From positions 35,216,001-35,280,000 of the forward strand of contig NC_059430.1 of assembly GCF_021028975.2 (NCBI RefSeq): DNA of 64,000 bases, in the 5' to 3' direction. Both the position numbers and the translations under genes were made by a program. Positions 13,585 through 26,531 of the stretch are shown piece after piece. Source of the stretch: Sphaerodactylus townsendi (lineage: Eukaryota). The notes beneath the pieces were generated by a model, which saw only the letters and a list, made by a program, of their open reading frames with translations, did no database searches and had not been told where the DNA came from. Position 1 is the first letter of the stretch. Each line of letters opens with the position of its first letter.

Positions 13585-13725
13585 GGCTCATTCCGCACAT
13601 GCAGAATAATGCACTTTCAAACTGCTTTCAGTGCTCTTTGAAGCTGTGCAGAATAGCAAAATCCACTTGCAAACAGTTGTGAAAGTGGTTTGAAAATACA
13701 TTATTTTGTGTGTGCGGAAGGGGCC
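13585..13725. mobile_element. 141-bp Harbinger-type MITE, copy 3 (opposite orientation)
   Basis: ggctcattccgcacatgc ... tgtgcggaaggggcc; flanks taa/tag. Confidence 0.92.
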
Positions 13726-13893
13726 TAGGATTTCATCCAGGGATGAATTTAGTGGAGCAGCTCTGTCTTAGTCCCCTTTCCATCCAGTGACAGTTTCAAC
13801 CTCAAAATCTGCTTTTCGGGAGAAGAAATGAAAGGAATATACCATAGATGAAAGCTGTCAATGGATTTTACCTTTAGCCAAACCAAAGGGAAA

Positions 13894-14110
13894 TGAAGAA
13901 GAAGAGTTTGAATTTATACCCTGTGTTTCTCTCCTGTAAGGAGACTTAAGGCAGCTTACAAACTCCTTTCTCTTCCTCTTGCCTTGTGAGGTAGGCGGGG
14001 CTGAGACAGTTCTGAATGAAATATGAGTAGTCCAAGGTCATCCATCAGGAATGTAGAAGTGTGGAAGAAAATCTGGTTCACCAGATAAGAATCCGCTTCT
14101 CGTGTGGAGG
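13894..14110 (-). mobile_element. Squam3-like SINE
   Basis: gaagaagaagagtttgaatttataccc tail and conserved body. Confidence 0.8.
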
Positions 14111-14862
14111 AGCCATAGAAAGCCCCCATTTCCCAGCCAGACCCTTCCCCCCAAAAATGAGAGAGTGGCAGTTTGCTTGCCCAGACCACAAACCTACAGT
14201 TGAGGGAGGAACATGCAGCCTGTCTGCTCAACTGGCTATGATCCCCTCTCTAAAGCCATGTGGAGCTTGGGTGGCCAGGTGCTGTCTCCTTCACTCACTG
14301 CAGGAATTCAGTAGGCAGGGTGCTGTCTCTTTCAGCTCATGTAGCGTTCAGGCAGCTGGGTTCTACCTCTGTCATTCTGTGTAAGGTTTAGGTGAGTTAG
14401 CTGCTGCCTCTCTAAGGTGGATGACTCTGGATGGAAAATACCTGGAGAACTTGGGGGTGGAGCCTGAGAGGGACAGGGTTTGGAGAGGAGAAGGACTTCA
14501 ATGGGATATAATGCCATAGAGTCCACCATCCAAAGCAACCATTTCCTCCCAGTGAACTGATCTGGGTTGCCTGGAGATCAGTTGTAATGCAAAAGATCTT
14601 TAGCCAGCACCTGGAGATTGGGAAGTCTAGGCCTCCACCAGGCTGCATGGAGTTCATGAAAGCCAGAAAGTGCTCCTTAAGGACACATGGAGCTCAGGTG
14701 GGCTGGTCACCACCTCCCTCACTCAGTGAGGGGCTCAGGCATGCCAGGTGCTGGCTTTCCACAACTGCATAGAACTTGGACTAGCTAATCGCTGCCTCCC
14801 CTGGGGTGGAGTGGCTATAATCTCCCTTGCTATGGATGGACTAGTCACTGCTTCCCCTAATC

Positions 14863-15008
14863 CCGTGGTGGCGAACCTTTGGCACTCCAGATGTTATGGA
14901 CTACAATTCCCATCAGCCCCTGCCAGCATGGTCAATTGGCCATGCTGGCAGGGGCTGATGGGAATTGTAGTCCATAACTTCTGGAGTGCCAAAGGTTCGC
15001 CACCACTG
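14863..15008. mobile_element. Palindromic hAT-type MITE
   Basis: Near-perfect 146-bp hairpin with perfect 8-bp TSD CCCTAATC (14855-14862, 15009-15016). Confidence 0.95.
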
Positions 15009-16429
15009 CCCTAATCCATGTAGGTGGGCTGGGTACTGCCTTCCTAATTCTGCACTCAGCTCAGGTGGACTGGCCACAAAGGTATCTGGCTGTCCGTGAC
15101 AGTCTGGTGGAATGCTCTATTAAATGAGACAAGGGCCCTGTGGGATTGATCACAGTTTCTAAAGGCCTATAAAACAGACTGCTCTGTCAAGCTTTTGGCT
15201 GAGGGCAGCAATGGTATTTATCTGGTTGGCTTCCCTTCCCTTTTCTTCCCTCCCCTTTTTTCCTTTGGTATTGTTGAGGTCCTCTCTTATACTATTAATT
15301 CCATCTTTAATTGAGATAGACAGGGTGTCATGATTTTCTGTAATTGATTGTTGGTTTGTTGTAAATTGTTCTGCTGGATGCCACCCTGAGCCTGGAAGGG
15401 GAAGGATGGCTTAGAAATCAATCAGTCAATCAATCAATCAAACAAATAATCCTTCTGCCATTGGATTGGCCTGGCCCAGACATCCCAGTGCCCATAATGA
15501 TGAATCTGCCCTTGCTTCCATCCTTCATGACTGTCATTTACTGTAGGGGAACTAGGATTGTTGTCAATCTCCTAGTGGGACTTGTTGTTCTCCCAGAATT
15601 GCAAATGATCTTTAGTTTCCTTGAAGAAACTAACATCTGTGATGTGGGTAGGATCCTGTGAGTAATCTGTTAGTAAAAAATGTTCTCTCCTTTGTATTTA
15701 CCCTACATCCTTAATAACTAGTGGCACAAAACAGAAAAAGGATATTCTTTCTAACATGCTGTCCATAAAAGGAGGTTGTTCACTTAAATGTGGCCATAAC
15801 TTGAAAATAAAATGTTGTCTTATGCAACGGCTATTTTGATCTTAGTATGAACCAGCCATTACTAGTTGTCTGTGCCATCTGGATTCCTTGCTTTCCATGC
15901 CCAATTGACATTTTTGGCAAGGCACATTTTTCTCATTCTGTTTGTGGCACACACCGTATAATCTACATGATGTGCATAATATGTTTTGGGCATCAGGGTA
16001 TGAATGAGTCGGTCTCATGGGAACTGGAAGGTGATGAGAATCTGTTAGCCCTACAGTTCTATCATTCTGCAATCAGACAAAAATGCAAGAGCGTTAATGT
16101 AAGAAAAAAATGACTAAGAAATGGAGCTTGGGCCATTACTTCCCCACCTATAAAAGAACATTTTTAAAAATGAACTGGGCATAATAGAACATGAAATAAT
16201 ATGATTTTTTTAAAAAACCCACCATTTATCTGACATAGTAGAATCCAGGAATGTGGAAATCAGCTTTAAGCTTTCATCAACTCCAAATTTTACAGGACCT
16301 CCCACCTTTAATCCTTAATTTATTGTTGTTCATCTGCAATTTTTAAACATTAGCAACACCTTTTATAAACATCTTTCTCTTCTGATATTCCAAAATTCTA
16401 TTTTATTCTTTCCAAATATAATTGGGGTT

Positions 16430-16660
16430 TTGTACCTCTGCACTGCACAGATATTCCATTCAAGGATTTGGCACAATGCCATGCACAGAACCAAATGGAA
16501 CTGGCATCATTAAGGTATCCCTACCAGGATTTGCAGGATTTCCTGATGTAGCATCATCTGTGAATTTCATTCGCTTGATCTTTAACTCTCATTCCGGATC
16601 ATTGATATAAATGTTCAATAAAACAGAGCTTAACATGAATCCCTGTGATACCCCATTGAA
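16430..16660 (-). mobile_element. Old CR1 LINE reverse-transcriptase fragment
   Basis: Minus-strand GVSQGFMLSSVLLNIYIND...KFTDDA, a degenerate GVPQGSVLGPVLFNIFIND..KFADD. Confidence 0.75.
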
Positions 16661-17509
16661 CTTCCCAGTGCATTGACATTTATTATTTTTTGTTTACTTG
16701 AAGTTCAGATGGCAACACCTGGGCTTTGCCAATATGAGTAAACCCCAGTCTCTCTTTCTCCTTTCCCCTTTCCTCATCACCCTTGCAATTTGATTCCAGA
16801 GCCATCAGGTTAATGGTGTATGATTTGTTCTTCATAAATCTATGTAGTTAATTTTTCATGGCCCCATTTTCTTCGAAATTGAAGCAGGTCCTTTTGATTT
16901 AATGGTAATAATGTCAACAGCTGCTCCAGTGTGGGGTGCCAATAGTAGAGTCTGGGTGATTTGTTAGCCCTATGGAATAAGAGAGCCAAAGGGGGGAAGG
17001 AAATACTTTTGCTCTTGAAAGGTCTCCTGGATGAAGAAAAGGCTGCTGAAATTGGAATCAGAGGATAGGCCCTCTTTGTTTGTAAGTAGCCTAGTTGAGG
17101 CCCTGAGTCTGGCAGTTGGGAGTTCACAGGGCTACTTACTGTGCTAGGAATGAATGGGATCCAAAAGGAACCAATCGGGATTTGCTTCTGCTGAAGCTTA
17201 GATCACATAAGAAAGATGAAGAAGTCAACTCCAGTGACAAGCAGGCTTGCAGGGGGAATGCCAGGTTCCCTGGGGGTGTGGGGGTTCTTCAGACTCAGCT
17301 CCTGTTTCCTGCTGCTGCTCCAGCAGTTGGTGGGAGACATTTTTTTCCAAAAACTGCTGATAGCCTGTACCTGAGACTGTGGATATTTGAAGTAATGGCA
17401 GTAGGCATTTTGGATTCCTTTATAGGATCAGTGATGATATGAATGCTCCTTTTGCTATGCCTCTGAGTAGTTAAACAGCTAGGTCTGAATTTGAGTTGCA
17501 ACTCCAAGA

Positions 17510-17692
17510 TAACTGGCTGCTGTGGGTTTTCTGGGCTGTTTGGCTGTGGTCTGGTAGTTTTTGCTCCTTATAAAGACATCTTGCCATGACATACCATTGA
17601 AGATGCCAGCCTGAGACATTAGGAGCAAAAACCACACAGCCTGGAAAACTCACAATATCCTGTTGATTCCAGCCATGAAAAACTTCAACAAT
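17510..17692. mobile_element. Penelope-like remnant with internal inversion
   Basis: tgggttttctgggctg..tttttgctcct / aggagcaaaaacca..cagcctggaaaactca inverted arms; tgaagatgccagcc core; gattccagccatgaaa end. Confidence 0.7.
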
Positions 17693-18211
17693 TTATTAAG
17701 CTCCAAAATAACTTTGATCACATGCACAATTTTATCTTACAAAAATTTGTGCCAGTTATGCCAGAACTGCTTAAATTTAAGTTGATTTTGTTGAGATAGC
17801 TTGGGCTTCATTCAAACTGTATTGGCAGAACCTTTTTGTGCACTGGGAGCATCTATCTTGTTTTATTTAGTGTGACATGAGTCTTCCAATGTAATCCTAT
17901 ATAAAGCCTATGAATTTCAATGGAATAGCCCTGCATAGGATGGCACAATTACCAACCAAGATTTTGGCAATTTTAGGCCACTGTGTTATTGATGTTGGAG
18001 GGATATGATATGGATCATATCCCCTTATAGATGCTGTTCACATTGTTGAATTAGTAAATTGTTAAGTTATTCTGTCCTTTGACTGCTAGCCATTCTTGTA
18101 CAAATTGTTTTGGTTTTGTATTCAAGTTGCACAACCCTCCTTGTTCTGTGTACAGTAGTACACTAGGCCACTGGAAATATCAGGATTGAGTTATTCACAG
18201 TTTTTCTGAAT

Positions 18212-18800
18212 ACTGGTTCTGGTGGGTTTTCTGTGCTGTGTGGCCGTGGTCTGGTGGATCTTGTTCCTAACATTTCACTTGCATCTGTGGCTGGCATCTT
18301 CAGAGGTGTATCACAGAGGGAAGTCTGTTACACACTGTGTCCAGAGAGAAGGAAATGTTTGGGGTATATATTGTCCATGTCCCAGGGTGGGGAACCAATC
18401 AGTAAGTGTTTGGGTGGAACTTGTTATGCAAAGATGTGGTTGATAGTATTGTACTGCAGGTGGCGCTTATCAGTCCAGGGAGTGATAAGCCCCACCTGCA
18501 ATACAATACTATCAACCACATCTTTGCATAACAAGTTCCACCCAAACACTTACTAATTGCTGGTTCTAGTGGGTTTTCCAGGCTGTGTGGCTGTGGTCTG
18601 GTGGATTTTGTTCCTAACATTTCATTTGCATCTGTGGCTGGCATCTTCAGAGGTGTATCACACAGGGAAGTCTGTTACACCTCTGAAGATGCCAGCCACA
18701 GATGCAGGTGAAATGTTAGGAACAAGAGCCACCAGGCCTCAGCCACACAGCCCGGAAAACCTACCAGAGCCAGAATCTGGCCATGAAAGCCTCCGACAAT
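18212..18800. mobile_element. Penelope-like element with tandem and inverted pseudo-LTR copies
   Basis: Direct repeat 18212-18332 ~ 18560-18680, inverted copy 18680-18772, 77-bp-arm hairpin 18396-18559, three CTGAAGA..GAAA hammerhead-like motifs. Confidence 0.88.
18680..18720 (+). ncRNA. Degenerate minimal hammerhead ribozyme motif (Penelope type)
   Basis: cct-CTGAAGA-tgcc..aggt-GAAAtgtt-agg; ACGT has become ATGT (CpG decay), so probably inactive. Antisense copies at 18266-18306 and 18613-18653. Confidence 0.65.
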
Positions 18801-19112
18801 ACATTTTTCTGAATAGTCAAACCTTGTCATCATTAAGACTTTGGAACTGGATAAGGGAGTAAACCAAACCCTGCCCAGGTGAAAGCAAAGTTGGAGATGC
18901 AGAGAATAATTAAGGATGATGGTGCAAAAGGTAAGGGTGGAATAAAAAACCAGAGATAATCATAAACAGCTAAGTCACACACATGGTTTTGTCTGACTCA
19001 AAACATTGGGGAGATCTGGAATTAGCATGAAGTGATAGCAGCCTACAAGGATAGCAACCTACAAGAGTTTTCTTCAAGCCATACCTGGGACTCAACAGCT
19101 GGTCCTGATGAA

Positions 19113-19168
19113 CTTGGGTAGCCATGCTGAATCCTTCTTCCTTGGGTAGCCATGCTGAATCCTTCTTC
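19113..19168. repeat. Perfect 28-bp tandem duplication
   Basis: cttgggtagccatgctgaatccttcttc x2. Confidence 0.95.
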
Positions 19169-20486
19169 CGTTATTATGCCATTAGGGGAAAAGAGTTGGC
19201 AGAAGTGGCCTCCAATGTAGGGAAAGAGCCTTCTTTGTACTGGCATATAGCCTGCTCTGCAGATTGCCTTTTACCAGAGCATCTGCCTCTGGTGGACCAG
19301 TCAACTGAGCTGATTCATCATGACACTGGACATACAGTAGAACTGGTAGGTATTATTATGCCTTTCTGTCATCACAGTGAGAAGTTCCAGGGGCAGTGCT
19401 ACTGAGCTGGCCGTTGTTAGCTTTAGACAAGAAAGGCTTGGAGGGTGCTGTGATCTTTGCAATGTTTACTTTATTCACAAATGTACAAACAGTGCATAAG
19501 TGGAGGCAAACAGATACTCTTGCTGCTGGCAGAAAATCCCCAGAATGGAACTTAGATAGTTACCAAAACCTGCATCCTCAGTTTCCACTACTTCCAGCTA
19601 AAATCTCCGACCTCCCCCCTCTCTTTGTCTCTTGCTCTCTCTCACTCTCTCTCTCTGTCTTGCTGTTATAATCTCAAAATTGCTAAACCGGCTGCTTCTT
19701 GCTCATCATCTGCAGAGGTCACTTTTCAGACCTCCACCCTTCAGGTGAATTGCCCATTCAGAAACATCCTCAGCCATTAAAAACATCAGAGTTCTTTTGT
19801 GTGAAAGCCTTGACTCCCACCTGGAATCGCTTTAGGCAAAGCTGTAATGATAGACAGGCAAACTCCAAGTGATATCTAAAATACCTGCTTGTCAAAATAT
19901 GTTGCGGCTTTTGTAGTTCCATTCAGTATTTTGGAAACTGCAGCTCCATTCAGGCAAACATCTTGTTACCCACTTATTTGAAATAACCTACAAAACAATG
20001 AACCATGTGGTGCCACAGACTGAATGAGGGATTTGAAATAGGGAGACGTGGGCTGGGTTCAAAGGCTTCTTTAGCAACAGCATTCACTTGGTAAGACTAA
20101 GCCACGTGCTATGGCTCAGCCTATGCTACCTCACAAATTGTTGATAAAATGCCTATTTATTTATTTATATTTTGCATTTCTTCCCTACCAATCTCCCAGA
20201 GGGACTCAAGGCAGCTTATGTATATACATAATAAAACAATACAATAATATAAAAACAGAATAAAAATATATGCATCTTGAACTCCTGGAAGGATGACTAA
20301 ACTACCAACTGAACAAACAACAGGTTAAATAGTATCTTCCTAAAATTGGTTTAAATATCCCACTTTTCCACTGAGACATTTCTATAGCTCTTCTTTTCAG
20401 ATTCAGAAGTGCAGGATTCACTTATATCCATTTAAATCTTCAGCTGCCGATGTACATCTTATGATCCACTTTGTGTGTACCTCAAC

Positions 20487-20579
20487 CCTTCCTTCCTTCC
20501 TTCCTTCCTTCCTTCCTTCCTTCCTCCCTCCCTCCCTCCCTCCCTCCCTCCCTTCCTGCCTGCCTGCCTGCCTGCCTGC
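20487..20579. repeat. Compound (CCTT)n(CCCT)n(CCTG)n microsatellite
   Basis: Direct reading. Confidence 0.97.
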
Positions 20580-20674
20580 AAACATTTTAACTTTTTGCAC
20601 AACTGTTCCTAAAGTAGTTCGTGTAGATATGATTACATGGGCAAGTAAAACTATTAAAACACTGGATCATTTTT

Positions 20675-21960
20675 TTAAAAAAAATCAAGCCTTTATTGGC
20701 ATAATAAACAGTAAAGAAAAATACAGCAAGAGAAAGATAGTTAAAACCATAGATACACAAAGCAGAAAGTAAAATGTTAAGTAGCAGGTTGCTGCTGGCT
20801 TTTTATAATTTCCAAATCTGCCACCATCACACAAAAGGAAGGATCTGGATTATCCAGTAAGTAAAGTAATCTAAATAGGTCAGGGAGATCAGTTAAAAAT
20901 AAAGGAGTAAGACTCACATACTTGGATCTGATTTCCTTGAATCTAGAACAATACAACAATTGGTGGGCCAAAGATTTGACTAAGCTACAATCTAGTTGAC
21001 TTTTCTTGATTGATAAATCTATGGTATAACAAGATGGCGGGCATAACATTAAACCTGGTGAGCATTATAGCTCTCCTTTGAGCAGGGTTAATTAGACAGT
21101 CCAAGTAGTGAACAATGTGGTCCTGTTCACATGGAATTGAAAAATAAAGGGGAGAGCATGTTTTCTTGGCTACTGTGACTAAGGTAGAAAACTTTCTATT
21201 CAATAATCAGCCTTTTAATTTTTTATAAGCTTCTAAGAAGGATAAGGAACGGAGTGAATCCACTGGCAGTTCTATAGAAACCATTTTCTTTTTGATTATG
21301 GAAAACCAGGGTTGGCTTGAGTATCAGAGAGCAAGCAATGGACCAAGGAATTGCCATCTGAGAGGCAGTGAATCCGCAGCCATAATCTAAAGGCCCTCAG
21401 CCAAGCGATTGATTCCAAAGAGCTTTGACCAAGTTGGCTAGGGGCTGGAAAAGGCATGTAATTTGGAAGTCCTGTTATCTGATTTGAATTGAAGAGAGTA
21501 CAAGGAGTGATTAGCATCTTGAATCCAAATTGGGAGTCCATAGAGCAATTTCAAGGTGACTTTAACAATAAAAATCTTAAGGGCTTGGGGAATAAAAGAA
21601 TGTACAGCAACACTATTAGATGTGGCTAGGAGTGCAGCCTTCCTATGGGCTATCCATGAGAGGTTATAAGAAAATAAGAGGCCAAGATACTTATGACACT
21701 TAACCTGTTCAATTTGGATACTGTTCATTGCCCAGTTTAACTTCTTTGAGTGCATAGAGAAGACCAGTATCTTGGTTTTTCCATAATTAATTACCAGTCT
21801 ATTGGATTCACAGTAATCCATGCAGCGCTTCTTTAAATGTCTAAGGCCAACTCTGGAATGGGATAGTAAAACAGCTTCATCTGTGTAGAGCAGAATTGAT
21901 ACATAGGATGTACCCAATTTTGGAGCATGACTATTCACTACTGAAAGAGCAGAGGGGAGA
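20675..21960 (-). mobile_element. Non-LTR retrotransposon 3' portion (RTE-X-like): RT plus C-terminal domain
   Basis: SILLYTDEAVLLS (YADD-like), LVINYGKTKILVF, IEQVKCHKYLG, C-terminal LAHQLLYC motif, AATAAA near 20692; frameshifted. Confidence 0.85.
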
Positions 21961-22039
21961 TCACTTTAAAAAAAAAAGATTGAAAAGAGTGGGGGCCAAA
22001 TTTCGAAGTCCAGCATGGGGGAACTGAGCAACAACAGAA

Positions 22040-22260
22040 AGGGAACATCCTGTGCTTGGAGTGTAACAGTCAAATTCGCTCCTTATATCGGAGTTTTAGG
22101 GATTCTGCTGCCCTGGATTTTCTCGATCAATTAATACAATGCAGAAACAACCTTTGTCTGTTAATTAGAGAGAAACAAATGGACTATGTCAATGCTCAAT
22201 GGGAAGACTGGATCATTTCAAACAACAGTAAAAATCCACATATCTCATGAAGGTGCATAC
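22040..22260 (+). mobile_element. Inverted upstream piece of a LINE ORF2 (endonuclease-RT linker)
   Basis: LECNSQIRSLY...IREKQMDYVNAQWEDWIISNNSKNP resembles the linker preceding RT; opposite strand to the adjacent RT. Confidence 0.5.
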
Positions 22261-22959
22261 CAGCCATTTAATGGATTATCTAACAGAATCCCCAACACTG
22301 AACAGTAAATGTTTACTACCTTCCTAAAACCCATGAGGGAAGGTGCCAGGCTTGCCTTACAAAGGAAAGCATTCCATGATCTTGACACTACTACCAAAAA
22401 GAACTGTCAATCACTGTCCCCTGCCAAACCTCAAAGAATGGCAGCACACAAAGTAGGGTCTTGTGAGATAATTTCTTGTGTCACCTCTTGGTGATAACAG
22501 CCTGAAACCAGCTGAGCCAATATTGAGGCACCAGATACTCATGGATGAAACTGTGGTTTTTTAGACAGCAGAGGGAGCATAAGGCATTATTATGGTGTAC
22601 CCCATAAATAAGAAACTGATGCCTCCCTGCCCATGTGTATGTATTTTATCTTCTTAAACTGTTTAAAAACATTTGACAGTTGAAAAAAAGTGTAGGGGGC
22701 TTTCCTCAGAAATCATGAGAATGTATCATTCTCATAATTTATGAAGAAAGCTACCAGCACCTTAAAAAAGCAAATATTTTAAAACCAAAAGAACCCATGG
22801 TAATCATGAGGAAAACTCCAGCACATTCAAATTCAAGAATGGTAGATTTTGGAAAGGCAGCTAACGTTTGAGATCAGGATTCGCATACTGAATTCTGATA
22901 CTAGGTCTGACCCATTCCCCCCCCCCCAATTAATTTTGTTGCCAAATGATGAGTACACC

Positions 22960-23110
22960 CCCAAAGGGCCTGGATAAGAACATTTGAGTAAGACATGAAG
23001 GCACTGAATACTACATGGTAAGAGGCAGAAACACGTACCCAAGACCGGAACTGCTGGAAAACACTTGTTGCCAGATATGCTATTTAGCATGGGAGGATCT
23101 AAGTCTAAGC
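22960..23110 (+). mobile_element. RTE-type LINE 3' end
   Basis: DMKAL..W..AE...QDRNCWKTLV-like translation ending in ggaggatctaagtctaag. Confidence 0.55.
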
Positions 23111-24157
23111 AAGTCTTTAACTTTGTAAATGTCAGTGGTTGACCTTCACTGTCCTGTTAGTGTGAGGACAGGTTTAGTGCTGAGAACTTTCAAAAGTCAG
23201 GTTCAAAATGGGCAGTCTGCCATGAAGCAAACTGGTTGACATTGGGCCAGTCTCTCTCTACCTGGCTAACTTCACAGGGTATTTATAAAGATTAGATGGG
23301 GAGAAGGGAGCAAGCAGGTGAGCCTGACCTCCTTGAAGGGATGGTGGAATAATAAAAAAGTAATAATACTCATTCAACAGAATGTGTGGCACAACATGGA
23401 TCCAAGTCACATCCAAGGAGAGGAATGCAAATACTGATAGAGCTGCAGCCACCGGCCCCAGTGATAGAGAGGTCCTTTTGATTTTTTAGATATCCAAAGT
23501 TAATTTCATTTTGGGCATTCCTGAATGGAGTTTTTGCTGCAGCTTGGCTTCTTAACTGTATCTCCCCCCGCCCTTCAGCTAACACATGGCTTTGTCTGGC
23601 AGTTATTGTTTTTCAGGATTCCCCCCCCCCCAATTTTCCTTGTTTTTGCCCCCCCAAGCCCCCAGACCACATTTGTGCCCATGTTTCCAGACGGGACGCA
23701 CCCAAAGTTGTTCTTGGGGAGTCTGTAACGTTTGCTCCTCTTTTCAAAGTGCCCTGCCTACATCCACCCACTTCCCTGCCCCGCTTCGTAACCATCTTCC
23801 CTTTTCTGATGTGCCAGCGTGTTCACTGGGGTTGGCCATTTTTTTCAACAATAAAACGCACTGCAATTAGGTCAGTATATCATTGTAGAAGATCAACTGT
23901 ATAAGTCTCTCTGAGTTCAGTGTTTCTGACTCTTAAGTAAGCATTTGCAGCTTGATCTCTGTTGTGTGAAGATCAGGTAAAACAATGGGAGATCTCCAGC
24001 TACAGCTTGGAGATCCAAAACCTTATTTAGGGGAGATGCAGAGGAAGGCAGAGGAAGTTCAGAAAGGTTGGGGAAATGATAACCTCTGACCTTGCAACTT
24101 AAAAAAAACTAAATACCTTGACAGTATTTGTGATTGATTGATTGCCCCATGGGCAAA

Positions 24158-24607
24158 TGTAACCCCTATGCTAAGAATGGGATGACCCAGAAAGGGGTGG
24201 AGTCTGAAAAGAAGCAGAAGACTGCAGAACTCATGAGGTTGGAGGAAGCAAGGCTACCAGGCTGGGACCTTGATTGAGTTTTATAAGTCCTTAACATCTT
24301 GTTTACGGGTTTTTGTGTATGTAAATGGTAAGAGTTTTTCTGGGGACCTTCAACATCTTGAATCCAGTTCACCAAGCGTCTGGAGTCTCCATGAGCCAAC
24401 CACCGGCAAGAAGAATTGACTTGGCATTATCAGACTGTAATTAGAAGGACTTGGAATGAAACTTGAACAGGACCTTGGAGTGTTAAGTTAAATGTTAATG
24501 TTCGATAATTGCCATATGTTAAAGAAAGTAAACCATTTTGTTTAAAATTTAGTTGTTGCAAACTCCTTCTAAGTACTGCCCCACAGAACCCACAAGCTGA
24601 GGTTACA
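24158..24607 (+). mobile_element. Solo LTR
   Basis: Perfect 7-bp terminal inverted repeat TGTAACC/GGTTACA, TATA-like ttataa and AGTAAA signal; TSD not clear (caaa/cacc). Confidence 0.7.
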
Positions 24608-24717
24608 CACCCACAATGCCATCCCGTTTAATGCCATTCTAATACTGATTATCATGAAAAAAAACAGCTATCCCCCCATGGTATTTTGACATATCAAAAT
24701 AGCACATGCACAAAAGT

Positions 24718-24930
24718 GTTGGTTTTTATATCCCACTTTTCTCTACCTTCAAGGAGTCTCAAAGCAGCTTACAATCATCTTCTCTCCCCTGCCCACAACA
24801 GACCCCTTATGAGGCAGGTGGAGCTGAGAGAGCTCTGTGAGAACTGTGTCTATCCCAAGGTCACATATGGAGGGGTGGGGAATCAAATTAGCTCTCCAGA
24901 TTAGAGTTCACCGCTCTCAACCACTACATC
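24718..24930 (-). mobile_element. Squam3-like SINE
   Basis: ggtttttatatccc..gctgagagagctc..gaactgtg..cccaaggtcac..ggaatcaaa..ccagattagag. Confidence 0.8.
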
Positions 24931-25893
24931 CTGCTTTCCCCATCCTCAGTGGCAGCAATAAAAGTGCAAAATGTGGAAGGGAAAACCCCAGACACCAATG
25001 ACTGAAAAGGAGAGAAAAAGTGGAGGAAGACTGCCATGCGGAAACCTTCTGTCACTATGCATCAGCTGGAAGAGGCAGCAAACGAGAAAAGCCAGAACAG
25101 CATTTTTGTTTGCAAACAGCTCCTTTTCAGAGTATCAGCCCAGCTTTCCATCATCCACGAGTCATTTTGAATTTCATTTTTGTTTTCTAAGATCTTAATC
25201 TTTCCCTTTTAATCCAAGTTTGATAGAAAATGTAGAGGAATACCAGGAGCAAAACAGAGCCTTACGATGCGGCACTCAAAACCTTCCTCCAGACTGATGA
25301 AGTTCTGCTGCTGAAAGCTGTTTGCCCAGGGCTTTCCAGCCACAGTGACTCCACCTGCCGTTCCCATCATTTAGCTCAGTTTGGTAACCAAGATATAAAG
25401 ATCACTGTCAGTTGCTTTGCTGAAATCAAGACACTCACAGCATTCTCATGATCTACTTAGTTAGCTTCTGAAGCATCCTTGTTTTATTGAAATGTCTGCA
25501 GTTCAACTCTCCCCTTGTGGTTAGTCCCACATTTAACCTACACAATCTTTGAAAGTCAGCATGGTGTAGTGGTTAAGAGTGGCAGATTTTAATCTGGAGA
25601 ACTGTGTTCAATTCCCCATTGTTCTACACAGAATATAGAACAGAACCATAGGATCATGGAGTTGGAAGAGACCTCAAGGGCCATCCAGTCCAACCACCTG
25701 CCATGCAGGAAAACACAGTCAAAGCACTTCTGACAGATGGCCATCAAGTCTCTGTTTAAAAACCTCCAAAGAAGAAGACTCCATCACCCTCTGAGGCAGT
25801 GTATCCCATTGCAGCCCTTACCCTCAGGAAGTTCTTCCTAATGCTTAGATAGAATCTTTTTCTTGTAGTTTGAATCCATTATTCCATGTCCTA

Positions 25894-26034
25894 GGCTCAT
25901 TCCGCACATGCAGAATAATGCACTTTCAAACTGCTTTCAATGCTCTTTGAAGCTGTGCGGAATGGCAAAATCCACTTGCAAACAGTTGTGAAAGTGGTTT
26001 GAAAATGCATTATTTTGCATGTGCGGAAGGGGCC
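25894..26034. mobile_element. 141-bp Harbinger-type MITE, copy 4, nested in CR1
   Basis: Perfect 3-bp TSD CTA/CTA splitting the CR1 sequence gtcCTAgtctctggagcagca. Confidence 0.95.
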
Positions 26035-26170
26035 CTAGTCTCTGGAGCAGCAAAAAACAAACACAAGCTTGCTCCCTCTTCAACATGGCATTCCTGCAAA
26101 TACTTAAACATGGTTATTATGTCACCCCTTAACTGTCTCTTCTCCAGGTTAAACATACCCAACTCCCTAA

Positions 26171-26531
26171 CAGCCCCATCCAAACCTGAAGGTAGCGGGC
26201 CATGGCACTTAGGGGCCATTGCTCTGCCTCCTCCAAGAGGGGTCTCCAGTGCTCTCAGCCCCAGGGTGGTGTAGATCTGAGGGCTTGGGTGTCTTACTCT
26301 TGGCCCTCAACTCTGGGAGGGAACCAGCTAATGTCGGCTCTGTCCCCAGGAATCCCCCAGCCCACCCCCAATGCTGGAATAAAGTGGGACACCAGTTGCA
26401 ACCTGGGCAGTGGGGCTGCAGGACGGATGATCCCATCATCGAGGTAAGTGCTCTGGGGAGGGCAAATGCACTGGCACAAGGTCACCCTGCCCCATGAAGC
26501 TCTTTTGCCCCCACTTTTTTGGAAGGGGCTG
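26171..26531. mobile_element. Non-autonomous TIR element nested in CR1
   Basis: TIRs cagccccatccaaa / tttggaaggggctg; flanks ctaa/ctag; CR1 resumes on both sides. Superfamily not assigned. Confidence 0.75.
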
